A DNA stretch of 64,000 nt from Trichoplax sp. H2 (taxonomy: Eukaryota), in NCBI GenBank assembly GCA_003344405.1, contig NOWV01000012.1, positions 434,001 through 498,000 of the forward strand, written 5' to 3'. The number at the start of each line of letters is the position of its first letter. Position 1 is the stretch's first letter. The translations under genes and the position numbers were made by a program. Under the pieces are notes generated by a model that saw nothing but the letters and a program-made list of their open reading frames with translations, was not told the origin of the DNA and did no database searches. Positions 52,921-64,000 of the stretch are shown one piece after another.

Positions 52921-55900
52921 ATGTTGAAGAAGAGTAAAGAGAAAGATTTATTTGCTAAGCCGCAATCCATACCCTCTAAAAGGTAAATGTCTTCAACCAA
53001 TTCTCAAAGCATTGACGATATACAGTAATACAGTGTAGAGCTTTCAAGTGATAGCCTACAGAGTTATGTAGTTGCATTCGTTTGATAGCGATATGTCTTT
53101 CGAGATGCAGCTAAAGTGCATAGATCAATTTCCATGGTATGCTTACATTCAAGATTGATTTTAGAGTCCATGGATTGATGAATATCATGACTGATTGCTA
53201 GGACGGTAGTAGCAACATAAATTATAGCGATAAACTGGATACTTGCAGGAGTAGTACAGTATCGGCTAGAGATTGTCTTTAGAGAAGCAGCTAAAGTGCA
53301 TAGATCAATTTCCATGATATGTTTACATTCAAAATTGATTTTAGAGTTCATAGATTGATGGATGTCATGACTGATTGCTAGGACGGTAGTAGCAATGTAA
53401 ACTATAGCGATAAACTGGATACTTGCAGAAGTAGTACAGTATCGGCTAGAGATTGTCTTTAGAGAAGCAGCTAAAGTACATAGATCAATTTCCATGATAT
53501 GTTTACATTCAAAATTGATTTTAGAGTTCATAGATTGATGGATGTCATGACTGATTGTTAGGATAGTAATGGCAACGTAGATTATAGCTTTGAAATGAAA
53601 TTGATCCTGTAAACTTGATACTTGCAGTAGTAATATACGTGTACATTATACGCTCAGTACAGTATCGGCTGCAGATTGTCTTTAGAGAAGCAGCTAAAGT
53701 GCATAGATCAATTTCCATGATATGCTTACATTCAAAATTGATTTTAGAATTAATGGATTGATTGATGTCATGACTGATTACTAGGACAGTAGTAGCAACG
53801 TAAATTATACCTATGAAATGAAATTGATTCTATAAGCTTGACACTTGCAATACTCTTAGTAATATAGGTACATGTCCATTGTATAGTATTAGCTGTAGAT
53901 TGATTGCGTGATGAGTAATGCATACAATATAGCTATGTAGCAGCCTGTCAAGCTTCGTAGCTTGTTACTAAATATAATATTGTAATTTAATAAAAAAATA
54001 GATCAAGTGAACTGAGAAGGCAAAGTGTGGATGATGCACAATTACGTGGCAGGTTGTTCAAGAAATTTGAATCATTTTCTGATCGGATTCTCATCCAGTA
54101 ATTACCGTAATTTCTATCAGCTATTGTTCTAACTCAACTATGAATCTGTATTTTCAATTTGTAGTATATTGATTACTGGCGCTGGTCGCTCAGTTAGCGT
54201 AGCTCATCTTAATAATTTGTCGAGGTAAGTTTATATTATACTGGAAAAATTCCGTATGAATTTTGCTTGTGTATTTGTGTATTTATATTGACTACATCTC
54301 ATGATATTGCAGTGATCATACGTTAACAGTATTTTAAGACAGCGTCAGACTAGGCTGCATGTAGTGTAGAGGTATAACTACAGTTGATAGTTCGGAAAAT
54401 CGATAATATAAAGGCATACGAGCTAATTGTACGTGCTCTAAGTGACAGTTTGTATGCTATTGAATTATTATGGATAAGCTCATGATATACCATATATGCA
54501 TAGTTATACCGACGATATCTTATTATGCTGCAATGATCAGCAATTTCGTAGTAAGTGGTTATGACGTGCAAGTCTACATACAGATGATTGATGGAGAAAA
54601 GTGCGAGTATAAAAGCAGTATTAGATAATTTCAGATAGTACATTACTTCTAGCTGTTAGTTTATTATACCATACAGTATAAGTACATTTCAATGGCTAAA
54701 TGATTTAGATGTGTTACGATATTAATTAATACATTAACTCCTTGCTGGAATTAATTATCGTAAGAGTATTATATTAAATATGACGGATTTTAAACTCTAG
54801 AAATGTAGTATAGCTTCAGTGATGTCATAATTGCCTTAGATTTCGTTTAAATTGATTGATGAGATATTGCAAAGCATGCAAGGTCACTTACTGTAAAATA
54901 GATTTTCAATAGTTTTGATCGGATTCGGATACTTATAGTCTTGATAAACTGTAAATTATACGAGGCTGAATTAGGCTATGAGAAACATAGTTGATATTTG
55001 TTAATTAATCATTGTTTATCATATTGATGCGAGCAAGTGTTAGTATCTATTTATGAACAATGCTATTCAAATACAGCCGCTATGTATAAGAATTTTTGTG
55101 TAACTTCATTGCTTAATAATATCTCTCATACATTAGCTGTATCAAACTGCACCGATGCTAGGTTAATCACATGTTCGTACGTTACTGTATTTTTTCATTG
55201 CATTTGCGTTGCACTGTATATCGAGTTTTTGCCGATAATATATATATATATATATATATACAACTTCTATACTCGCACGCAGTACGTTTTAATACTTTGA
55301 TGGCTTTTTTGATTTAACAAAGGCCATTAAGTGCTAGTAACTTGGCTGCCTTATCGGATTCTAACTTATCAGTTCAGGTCAGCTATACATGTGTTATATA
55401 ACTAAAAATGCACGTGTCTCAAGATTTATAGCAGACATTTGGACTGTTGCATTTATTTTAATTACATATGAATTCGTAATACGTTATGACTTGCGTAATT
55501 ATTTGGATTCTTTATTCAGCGGTATTTCAGAATACGTTGTAACTTAAGTAATTGTTTGGATTCTTTATTCAGCGATATTTCATGCCGTTACTGTTAGTTT
55601 GATACTATCGATGACATACATTATAATTATAGGCTGCTCTCTTACCAAGGAGTTATAACAAACCAAATACTAATACTTCACAAGCAAAGGTAGGAGTGTG
55701 AGTTAAATTTCTAGTATTTAATGAAAATGATTAAATTTTTAACTGAGAGATTATATTTCAGCAATCGTTTGTTTCCTTGGTCAGCTGGTGAGTGATAGAA
55801 AACTTACGACGAAAGTTGTTACCATACTTTGTAGTCTTTTCCTTCTTACATGCAAAACCAATTTTTAATTACGATATTTAGTTTACGTTAACAATACAAC

Positions 55901-58900
55901 GTTGTAGAGCTTGTTTATAAACTTAAAAAGTTAAAATAAAATGGGATAATATGATAGCAGCTATTATTTCTCAATATTACCGAAATTTCTATGTAAAGTA
56001 TTAAGACTATCTTTGATAATATCTAACTCTTTTACTGGGTAGTTATTATGGGCAGCTGACTATTGGTTGTGAAAAATCGAACTGTAGGAATAAGTTTTGT
56101 CGCTCCAATGAAGGTAACAGCAACTCATTCGCTGCTAAATTGAATTAGAATTGTTCGTTACTCGTATATCGAAATCATGAAGTTTAAGTGGCATCCATAT
56201 AAAACGCTTTTACCAATAAATAATGGGTTGTACTTTCCAGAAATTATCGAGATAAATGTTGCCTTAGTTGGTAGCTGGAGGTCGTAGTCTTAGTAATTGT
56301 ATTAGTTTTTACGTATTAATTTAGAAATTGATTGAAATTACTAGATTTTAAACTACTCAGTAGTGATATGGCAGCTATTGTAAGTATCGAATTAGCTTCA
56401 CGACAGAGGTAAGATGCGTTCAGATTTAAAAGATTTTATTCAAACGACAGATATCTTGATACGAAGTACTGTTGTGCTGTCAAAACATTAGCATAACTGT
56501 TCCTTTGTACTATTGCTTTAGGCTGTTTTTGTGTAGCGGTAGGAAATATGAAGAGGACTTAATTCCCGATGCAGTAATTAGAAATATCTTATTAAGCTTT
56601 ATACTAGACTTGATTTCTGTCTTTAAGGTTATTTTTGATATAATTGGACTTTAAGGTATTTAAAGCAGCTGCAAACTCGTCTAGGCCCTTCTTACACGCT
56701 CTATTTTCAACATCTCCGTTTAAGTGCTTGTTCCGAAGTCCATATGATAGTAGAAACATTTCTCACGCAGAAAACCCTCAACGGATTGAAGAGCGGTAAA
56801 CTTATACTGTACACTCGTATGACTTTAGTAATTAAGTGTTGAATTGGGAGGCAGCTATGGAATAATTTATCATTTTTATGTCTAATTCTAATTATATACG
56901 GGCGTATATAAATGTAATAGCTGGAGCGATGATAAAAGAGGAACTGATAATGAACAATGCGATCAATCTAGTATTTCACTTTATGTACGTAATTTGCTTA
57001 TGCAATATTTTATTTAATTAGTTATAAAAATTGAATAGTCGAGATTTACAAATTGATCGGTATTGTTCATGCACATTTATAGGAGCTTTCTCTTACACAT
57101 TTAACGTACGGTATGGTAAAGGTATGATCAACTGATATACTGTATATGTATTATTGTAAAATTGATCATTAGAGTACTGATCTAATAATTCGTGTAATTG
57201 TTTAGGAAGCTATTGATAATTATACTGAATGTGGTGATCCTGCGTTTCTTGTTAATACCTTCAGAACAGTTTTTTCTTCCTCTGATGCTCTGAATGATAG
57301 CTTTTTAGTAAGCATCTTAATCTTGCTACTATTTATTTTGTAAGACGTTCTGAATTCCATAATGTTTCAAGTTATAATATTGTATAAATTTTTGTTTCAT
57401 TAAACTTCTGTAGGTACAAGATACGAAGAGTTCTGATAGCAGCAGAATGTTAAATATTGGTAATAAGATCTGTACTCTTTACTAGTAATAAATATTCGCT
57501 ATTATTTTAGCTTATTTATGATCATATTTGGATGTAACAGATCTCGACTTGAGATTAATGAGAAGAACTTTTGAAATTATTATGGATTTGAAACCCTTGG
57601 TTTGTTTTGATACTGCAGTACTGTATATTAATGTGCGCTCACTAATGTGCGGATTTAAAATTAATGGAAATCTTTGTTGCATTAATTCCTTTCCAATTTA
57701 GGAATCATTCAAACCCGTAATCATCGATTCCATTGAAATATTGTTAACTCGATTAGAGAATTCTGTTGTCAATTCTGAAGAAATTAATCAGGTATGGGAA
57801 TATGTTGAGCCGATGCGGTAATAATATGCGTAAACGTACGAATTCTGATAAAGCTTACTAGTGGCTTTTTCTTATTGAATGTATAACCCAAGGGCACTCT
57901 GAAGGTTATAGAGCAAAGTATCTAATCTTAATTTTATCTTAGTTTATAATTCTTCTAGAATGCCCATTACTAATGGGTCCACAAGGACAAGATTTGTTAG
58001 ATAAGCTCTGCAAAATTTTAGCAAATTCAGATAGCACTGTAAAGGACGTAAGGGCCTATACGAGTCGTAATTAGTGTCTGCATAATATACTGCAATAGTT
58101 GTTACGGTAATATTTGCCGTCGATTAAGGTTTGATACGTACTATTTAGGTATTCATTACAAAATTGATAAAGTATGATCAACTTGGATTTAAGCGCATCC
58201 TGAAATTGCTTCTCGATCATTTAAGCGCTGTTGTACATACTAAGCAAAGGTAAGTGTCCAATATTAGTGGTAGACGTATGGCATGTATTAAGATTTATGT
58301 AAGTGCTTATTATTTGATAGGACTAATTCTCATAACATACTTATAGTGGAACTACTTGGAGTTTTACACTCAATTAATATGAAGGTATAGTAGAACCAGA
58401 ACTGTATATGACTAGAGCTTCATCTTTCTCTACGAATATAATCATAGATGCCCGGAACAACAAAATTTTATAGACTACGTATGACTTATTTAATACTAAC
58501 AAATTATTGATGTTGATCCTCTAGGCGCATTTCGTATCACTAAGTGAATTTTACAGTGACGATCTTTCACGGTATGTTAACAAATGTATAAATACATTAG
58601 TTATATTGTAGAAGCTAAAGAGTGAGAATTTTAATTTTTATCATGTGTTATGGATGTTTGTATGGATGAACGTTGAATAGTAAAATCGATTTTAAAGAAG
58701 AGCATCATCATTGGATAACTTCAAGAGGAAGTGGACAGTACGTAACAATATTACGGTGATGCTGTAGAGGAGTTGTATACATAATGTTTTTTTACACGCT
58801 AATGCAGGAATAGTCTGATAGCTTCACCAAAAGCTACTAAATGCTTATTTGATTATCCTTTCCTTTTCAACCCAGCTGTAAGTAGCATATATTTTACTTA

Positions 58901-61640
58901 TTTAGAATTTACTTTTCGAATTTTATTTCTAAATACTTAATAAAATTAGAAATTTGTATCCCTGAAGATTTATTCATCTCGAAATATTTAGGCGAAAGTA
59001 AATATACTACATTTAGATGCCATGCTACAGATGAAAGAGGAATATCAGGATGCTTTCATTTATCAAGCTGTAATCTGATATACTACTTTTATATGTAATA
59101 TAGCTAAGTTTGATATTGAGGTAAATTTTTCTGAATTTTATTAATGTATAGGAAATTCATCAAGCACAAATGATTCTACAAGGGAGCGAGAGGTTAGAGG
59201 GTTCGAATGCTTGCTATTTTAATAAAATAGTGCTCTGATAAATTTGATATTTCACTTAGAATATAGAAAGTATCAATTTTTTGTAATTTAAGTTTTAAAC
59301 ATATCATATTGTGACTGCATAGGGAAAGAGTTGTTGAAGATTCACTACATTCTATAATGTGCCCTTTTCTGGTCCTAGAAGTCAGGCGTGACTATTTAAT
59401 AGAGGTGCGATAATAGATTGAGTCATTTATTGATTCTCCATTTCTGAGATAATAACTTGATTGTTAGGATACAATGCAACAAATTCGATCGAAGGAAAGT
59501 GATTTAAAAAAGCCACTCAAGATAAAATACGTTGGTGGAGGAGAGCAAGTACATTAATAACTTATACTTAAGAAGTACTGACTTAATACTATCTCTTTAC
59601 CAACATAATAATTTCCTAAATCTGATTTTGGCCTAGGGATTAGATATGGGAGGATTGCAAAAGGAATTTTTTCATTTAATTGTAGACTGTATTTTTGACC
59701 CCAGCTATGGAATGTTTACATATATTGAAGAGTCGAGAAAATTTTGGATAGACAGTAAGTTATGTAGCTAATTCAAATAGCTACTACGAATAATTCTCAT
59801 AATTATCATTGCAACGATGTTAGGCGCCTCGTTAGAATCCGAAAGGGAGTTTGAACTGGTCGGGATAATTTTAGGTAACAGAATTCTACTTTCTAGGATT
59901 TGGGAAATTTGTGATCTTATCTAGAATATTGTCTCTATCAATACAAATAGTAAATCGTTAGTTATTAACTTATGCCGCATTAAACATTCTAATTATAACA
60001 TAGGGCTAGCAATCTATAATGGTGTCATCTTGGATATTCATTTTCCTCAATCTATATACAAGAAATTACAAGGGGAACAATTACATTTAAAGGATCTTAT
60101 TGATGTGCAAGTATGTTGATAAAATGTAAAATTTTATAGTCTGTGATTTTTGAAATAAATTTTTATGTTACTATGTTGGTATACATTAGCCAACACTTGG
60201 TGCCAGTCTTCAAGAATTACTGGAATATGACGGGGATGTAGAAGATATTTTTTGCTTTACTTTTGAGGTGGATATTTAGTGATTAAGGTCTAGATTTCAG
60301 GTGACTGAGAGAAGTTGCTAAATTAGCTTTTCTATTGAATTTATCGTGCAGATATCTTATATGTCTCTTGGACGTATGGTAGATGTTGAATTAAAGCCAC
60401 GTGGATCTCTGATACCGGTAACTAATGAGGTAATGTCATTTTTAGACTAAGTCTGGATTACATCAACATGTTACGCTTAGACAAAACAGACGGTAGCAAA
60501 ATAAATTATGTTACTGATTACCATTAATGTCACGCTTTTTTCACTGATAGAATCGAGAGGAGTTCGTTAATTTATATATTCAACATTTGTTAGTAAATAG
60601 CATTGAAAAACAGTTTCAGGTAAGTTATTTGGATTTCCGATTGATAGCAATACAGCAAAAATCGTGCTGCTCTCATATTTGTGCTATTCTTCAGCCATTC
60701 TCTCGTGGATTTCACAAAGTTTGTGGGGGAGATACGCTTACTCTATTTCGGGCTGAAGAATTAGATCTAGTTATTTGTGGAAGTAACGAATTGGTTTGTT
60801 AGATATCAAACATTGTTATAATATATTTAGGATGATTAAAGAAATTGTTACTTAAAGATACTAAAATATTCAATGTGACTTCTTTATACTCCAGGATTTT
60901 GACAGTCTTGAACGCACTGCAAATTACGATGGTTATACATGGTGAATTTTAATTTTACTGCAGTATTCGTAATCTAAAAGTAGTTACCATTGTGTTCTTC
61001 TATTGTAAAATGTAACGACTATTTTACAACATGTATGACATTCTACCTTCGCGCCTGATGTTACTTACATACTCTTAATATTGCGAAATTAGCAATGATT
61101 CGTTATTTCATTGCTCCTTATCTAATTTTATGTATATCCTTATCATCACCAGCACAAGTGTAATAATAGTGCATTTTTGGGAATTAGTTCACGCCATGAA
61201 TGAGAAGCATAAGAAATTGTTACTGATGTTTGTAACTGGCAGCGATAGGGTACGACCATTATCGGTGTCCTAACTTCAGTATAGTAAGATATTTTGGTTA
61301 TTGTGAAAACAATTTCGTAATTTTTAGGTTCCTCTTAAAGGCCTGGGAAATCTTAAAATTATTATTCAGCGAAATGGCGGTGACTCAAATCGGTACTATA
61401 GCTATTACAATTTTCTCGTCTGCATACAATTTAGCTTAAATTATTTTATCTTATAATATATACTTTTAAATTTGGGATTGGTACCAATTACTAACATGAA
61501 CTTCTGTCCGTTCTTTTAGACTACCTACCGCTATGACCTGCTTTAACAGACTATTACTGCCAGATTATAAGAATAAAAATAAATTAGAAAAGTTACTGCT
61601 ATTAGCAATCGAAAACGGTAAAGGCTTCGGATTGACATGA
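52921..61640 (+). CDS. UBE3A/E6AP-related HECT E3 ubiquitin ligase with N-terminal AZUL zinc finger, about 37 small exons
   Basis: Spliced 5' exons 52921-52982, 54002-54097, 54165-54224, 55323-55377, 55633-55689 and 55762-55787 are phase-consistent but less certain. AZUL exons 56043-56113 ([21 protein letters not shown]), 56345-56408 and from 56522 (LFLC). E6AP-like middle region ([34 protein letters not shown]). HECT domain from about 59370 (LEVRRD...[28 protein letters not shown]...[15 protein letters not shown]...FVTGSDRVP...[17 protein letters not shown]...GKGFGLT*). TGA at 61638-61640. Exact orthology (UBE3A vs a HECTD2/HECTX-type paralogue) is unresolved. Confidence 0.9.
53095..53900. 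repeat. Four-copy tandem array (two 180-bp units followed by two ~223-bp units) within predicted intron 1 of the HECT gene
   Basis: Unit start gtcttt(c/a)gaga(t/a)gcagctaaagt at 53095, 53275, 53455 and 53678. Confidence 0.93.
55239..55260. repeat. (TA)n microsatellite
   Basis: About 11 TA units in a HECT-gene intron. Confidence 0.9.
55478..55582. repeat. Two-copy tandem repeat, period 53 bp
   Basis: aatacgtt...gtaatt(a/g)tttggattctttattcagcg..atttca at 55478 and 55531. Confidence 0.85.
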
Positions 61641-62220
61641 TTAAAAACTAGTATAAACAACTATTAATTTAACTTATTTCTGTGTCAAATTGTAAATCTC
61701 CTGTCAGTTATACTGTCATCTGTTACTGTATGTAAGTAGATTGTTTGAGATATTAAAAAATGAAAAACGATTTTATTTTTATCCGCTCTCAATGATTCAA
61801 TCTGTAATTATGTCATTACTGAGTAAATATAGATGTCTCAACTTCTTAACGAACGACAGTATTTTCTGCGTAGTATGGAAATAAAAAGTAAAGAACATAT
61901 ACTTGATCTAGAAAGGTTTAACGGTCTATCAAAAACTGTGTAATAGTAACTCGTAAATTCACACATAAGAAAGAGATTTCGTAACGTGTGGAATTGAAAA
62001 TATAAACCTATTTTTCCCGTCTTGGTCATATATACTATAATTCTGAATATGAGATAACATGCTATTTTATCCGAATTAAATCGAGATTTATGATGATTTA
62101 ATAATTGATCAATCTAAAGCTGCCGTTGAGGAAAAGTATTGCTGGTGTCTTGTTAGTGAAAGATAGCATTGTTTGTGGGTGGCAGTAATTAAAATGACTT
62201 GCTCAGAAATATAGATCGTA

Positions 62221-63916
62221 TTATCTTCTTCGTGATCCTCCCTAAACAATAAATGAAAGTAGTATTAGAGACAAAGAGAAATTGAAATTCGTGTTAACAA
62301 GTACTCAGATAACGATCAGGCAGAATTTATGTAACTTCTGATAATCACGACAATAGTGCATAGAAGTTTGAAAATTGGTGAACCTTTAGATTTTTTAAGG
62401 CTTCGATTTCCTCTTGTTTTTTAGTCAGTTTATCATTCATATTGCAAAGGTGCTCGCTCATCATGCTTAATTGGCTATCGTAGCTACGAGTTGTTGTTTG
62501 TAGTTCATCCTAACACGAAATTTAAGGACAGATGTTACACAAAATCAGTGAAGTGATGAGGTATAGCGACATGATTTTTATAAAGTAGCTGGCACCCACG
62601 ACGTCTTAGCTTAAATGTCGTCGTGGATATGATTATTTTATTTATTCTTACCTTTAATGACGAGATAATAGTCTGTGCGTTTTCTAGGTCTAGGTTTAAT
62701 TTTTGTTTAAATTTCTCGGATAGTTCAAGACGTTTTTCTAGTACTCGACTCTAATATCGTAATAATTTTTAATGAAAAAAAATTTAAGGCATAAGCAGTG
62801 TTTTCCTTATAAAGAGATACTTGGAGACGGTTTTTTAAATCTAGTAAGTTTTTACCTCGGAGAAAAAAGACGTTGCTTTACTATCAATCGCTTGAAGCTG
62901 GTAGCGTTTCAGTTAAATATTTAGCATAGGATAGTCACGATGCAGTTGATTAGTCAATAATTAAATATGCTTACATTAACATTTCATAATTCTTGCTGAA
63001 TAATAAGTACTTTAAGCATATACCTTAGCATTAAGTTCCATTATTCTCGCAGAGTAATAATTCTTGATCAAATTTTCTCGGTTGCTTTCAATATCTTCAT
63101 TCTATCAAAGGAGATCAAGAATATAAGAGACCTTGAAATAGTTTCTGAACTTCAGACCTAGTAATATTGTTAGTAACTTACTCCTTCATCGCTTAAGAAA
63201 TCGGTAACATCATTTACAGTTCCTAACTAAAGCGGGATATAGTACATTCGGATAATTATAAACATGAAGTGGCTTAATGATAACATACAAAATGAATTCA
63301 GGCTATAATAAAATTACAACTTGATTACTAACATTTGTGGAAGGTTGTGTAACATCAATTAAATGTTGACTTGGCATTGCCATCGTAGGAACAGCTAAGC
63401 CTTGAATTAATGCAGTGTCTGTGGAAGGCTAATAAAAGAAAAATCATTTTGCATGCGTTATTTTATGAACCGGTCGCGTGAAAATGATGAAAAAGGCAAT
63501 TTGTAGTTAAGTATAGATTCCACGAATACCACGGTATACCTTATGGATTCCATTCTCGATCACGCTATCAGAATTTTGAGGATTTTGTCTTAAAGTAGTA
63601 TTTTCTTGCTGTAGATGTGCCAGTTTCTGGTAAATAAAATTACGGAAAAAACATTTTGATAAGTATTTATTGTTCATAATTTATATGAATTATTTTCATC
63701 TTTATAGTTATCGCGTAAGTTTTCTAGGTAACTTATTACCTGTTGCATTTTTTCAAATTTAACTTTACTTAATTGGTATTCTAACATCCAATGTTCTTTT
63801 TCCTAAGTATTGTTTATATTTTTAATTTCTTATTTTCTTATTAACGAATTAAACTAATTGCAGCCATATTTCCTTACTTTCTCTAACTGAGTGATACGCT
63901 CCCTTTTACCAGCAAC
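62221..63916 (-). CDS. PPP1R21: Protein phosphatase 1 regulatory subunit 21 (PPP1R21/CCDC128/KLRAQ1; FERRY subunit), 3' exons only, gene continues beyond the window
   Basis: Exons 63916-63878 (VAGKRERITQLEK), 63802-63740 (EKEHWMLEYQL), 63626-63540, about 63428-63329, 63222-63182, 63101-63024 (RENLIKNYY), 62897-62856 (LQAIDSKATSFFSE), 62750-62652, 62509-62384 (DELQTTTRSYDSQLSMMSEHLCNMN) and 62241-62221 (GGSRRR*). These match the PPP1R21 C-terminal TTKRSYEDQ-type motif and EKEHWMLE. Confidence 0.9.
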
Positions 63917-64000
63917 CTAAACATTTTAAAGATAATAGAAAGCATAGTTTATCGACTTATAATTTTACAATTACCACAAATTAAATCATTAAAATAAGCA

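Noticed and set aside
53095..53900. CRISPR-like or transposase interpretation of the repeat array
   Set aside because: Long contiguous units without unique spacers, eukaryotic intron context, and no cas or transposase motifs.
59195..59215. GGTTCGAAT T-loop-like word suggesting a tRNA
   Set aside because: No cloverleaf stems around it; it lies at the start of a short intron.

Overview
AT-rich, intron-containing animal DNA. Gene content, compact GT-AG introns of about 65-150 bp and composition suggest an early-branching metazoan such as the placozoan Trichoplax (inference, not proven). I reconstructed four genes by manual splicing. (1) A 23-exon ARFGEF3/BIG3 homologue (+, 885-17850) with an apparent +1 frameshift in a large acidic insertion exon and one GC-AG intron. 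(2) A complete 4-exon Runx gene (-, 35596-20494; 448 aa, Runt domain plus C-terminal VWRPY) with unusually long introns and about 17 kb of apparently gene-free upstream DNA. (3) An approximately 37-exon AZUL+HECT E3 ligase of the UBE3A/E6AP-related class (+, about 52921-61640) with an atypical catalytic loop (PTAMTCFN). (4) The 3' end of PPP1R21 (-, 62221 to beyond the window end). Non-coding features include a 20-N assembly gap flanked by two allele-like copies differing by a 143-bp indel with inverted ends, a clustered set of Runx-binding motifs upstream of Runx, a 25-bp G:U-containing hairpin, a 15-bp-arm palindrome, several tandem repeats (180/223, 90 and 53 bp), and frequent TACAGTA/TACTGTA words. 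I found no tRNA, rRNA, CRISPR or transposase ORF, and no clearly new biological system; the best leads are listed as findings.
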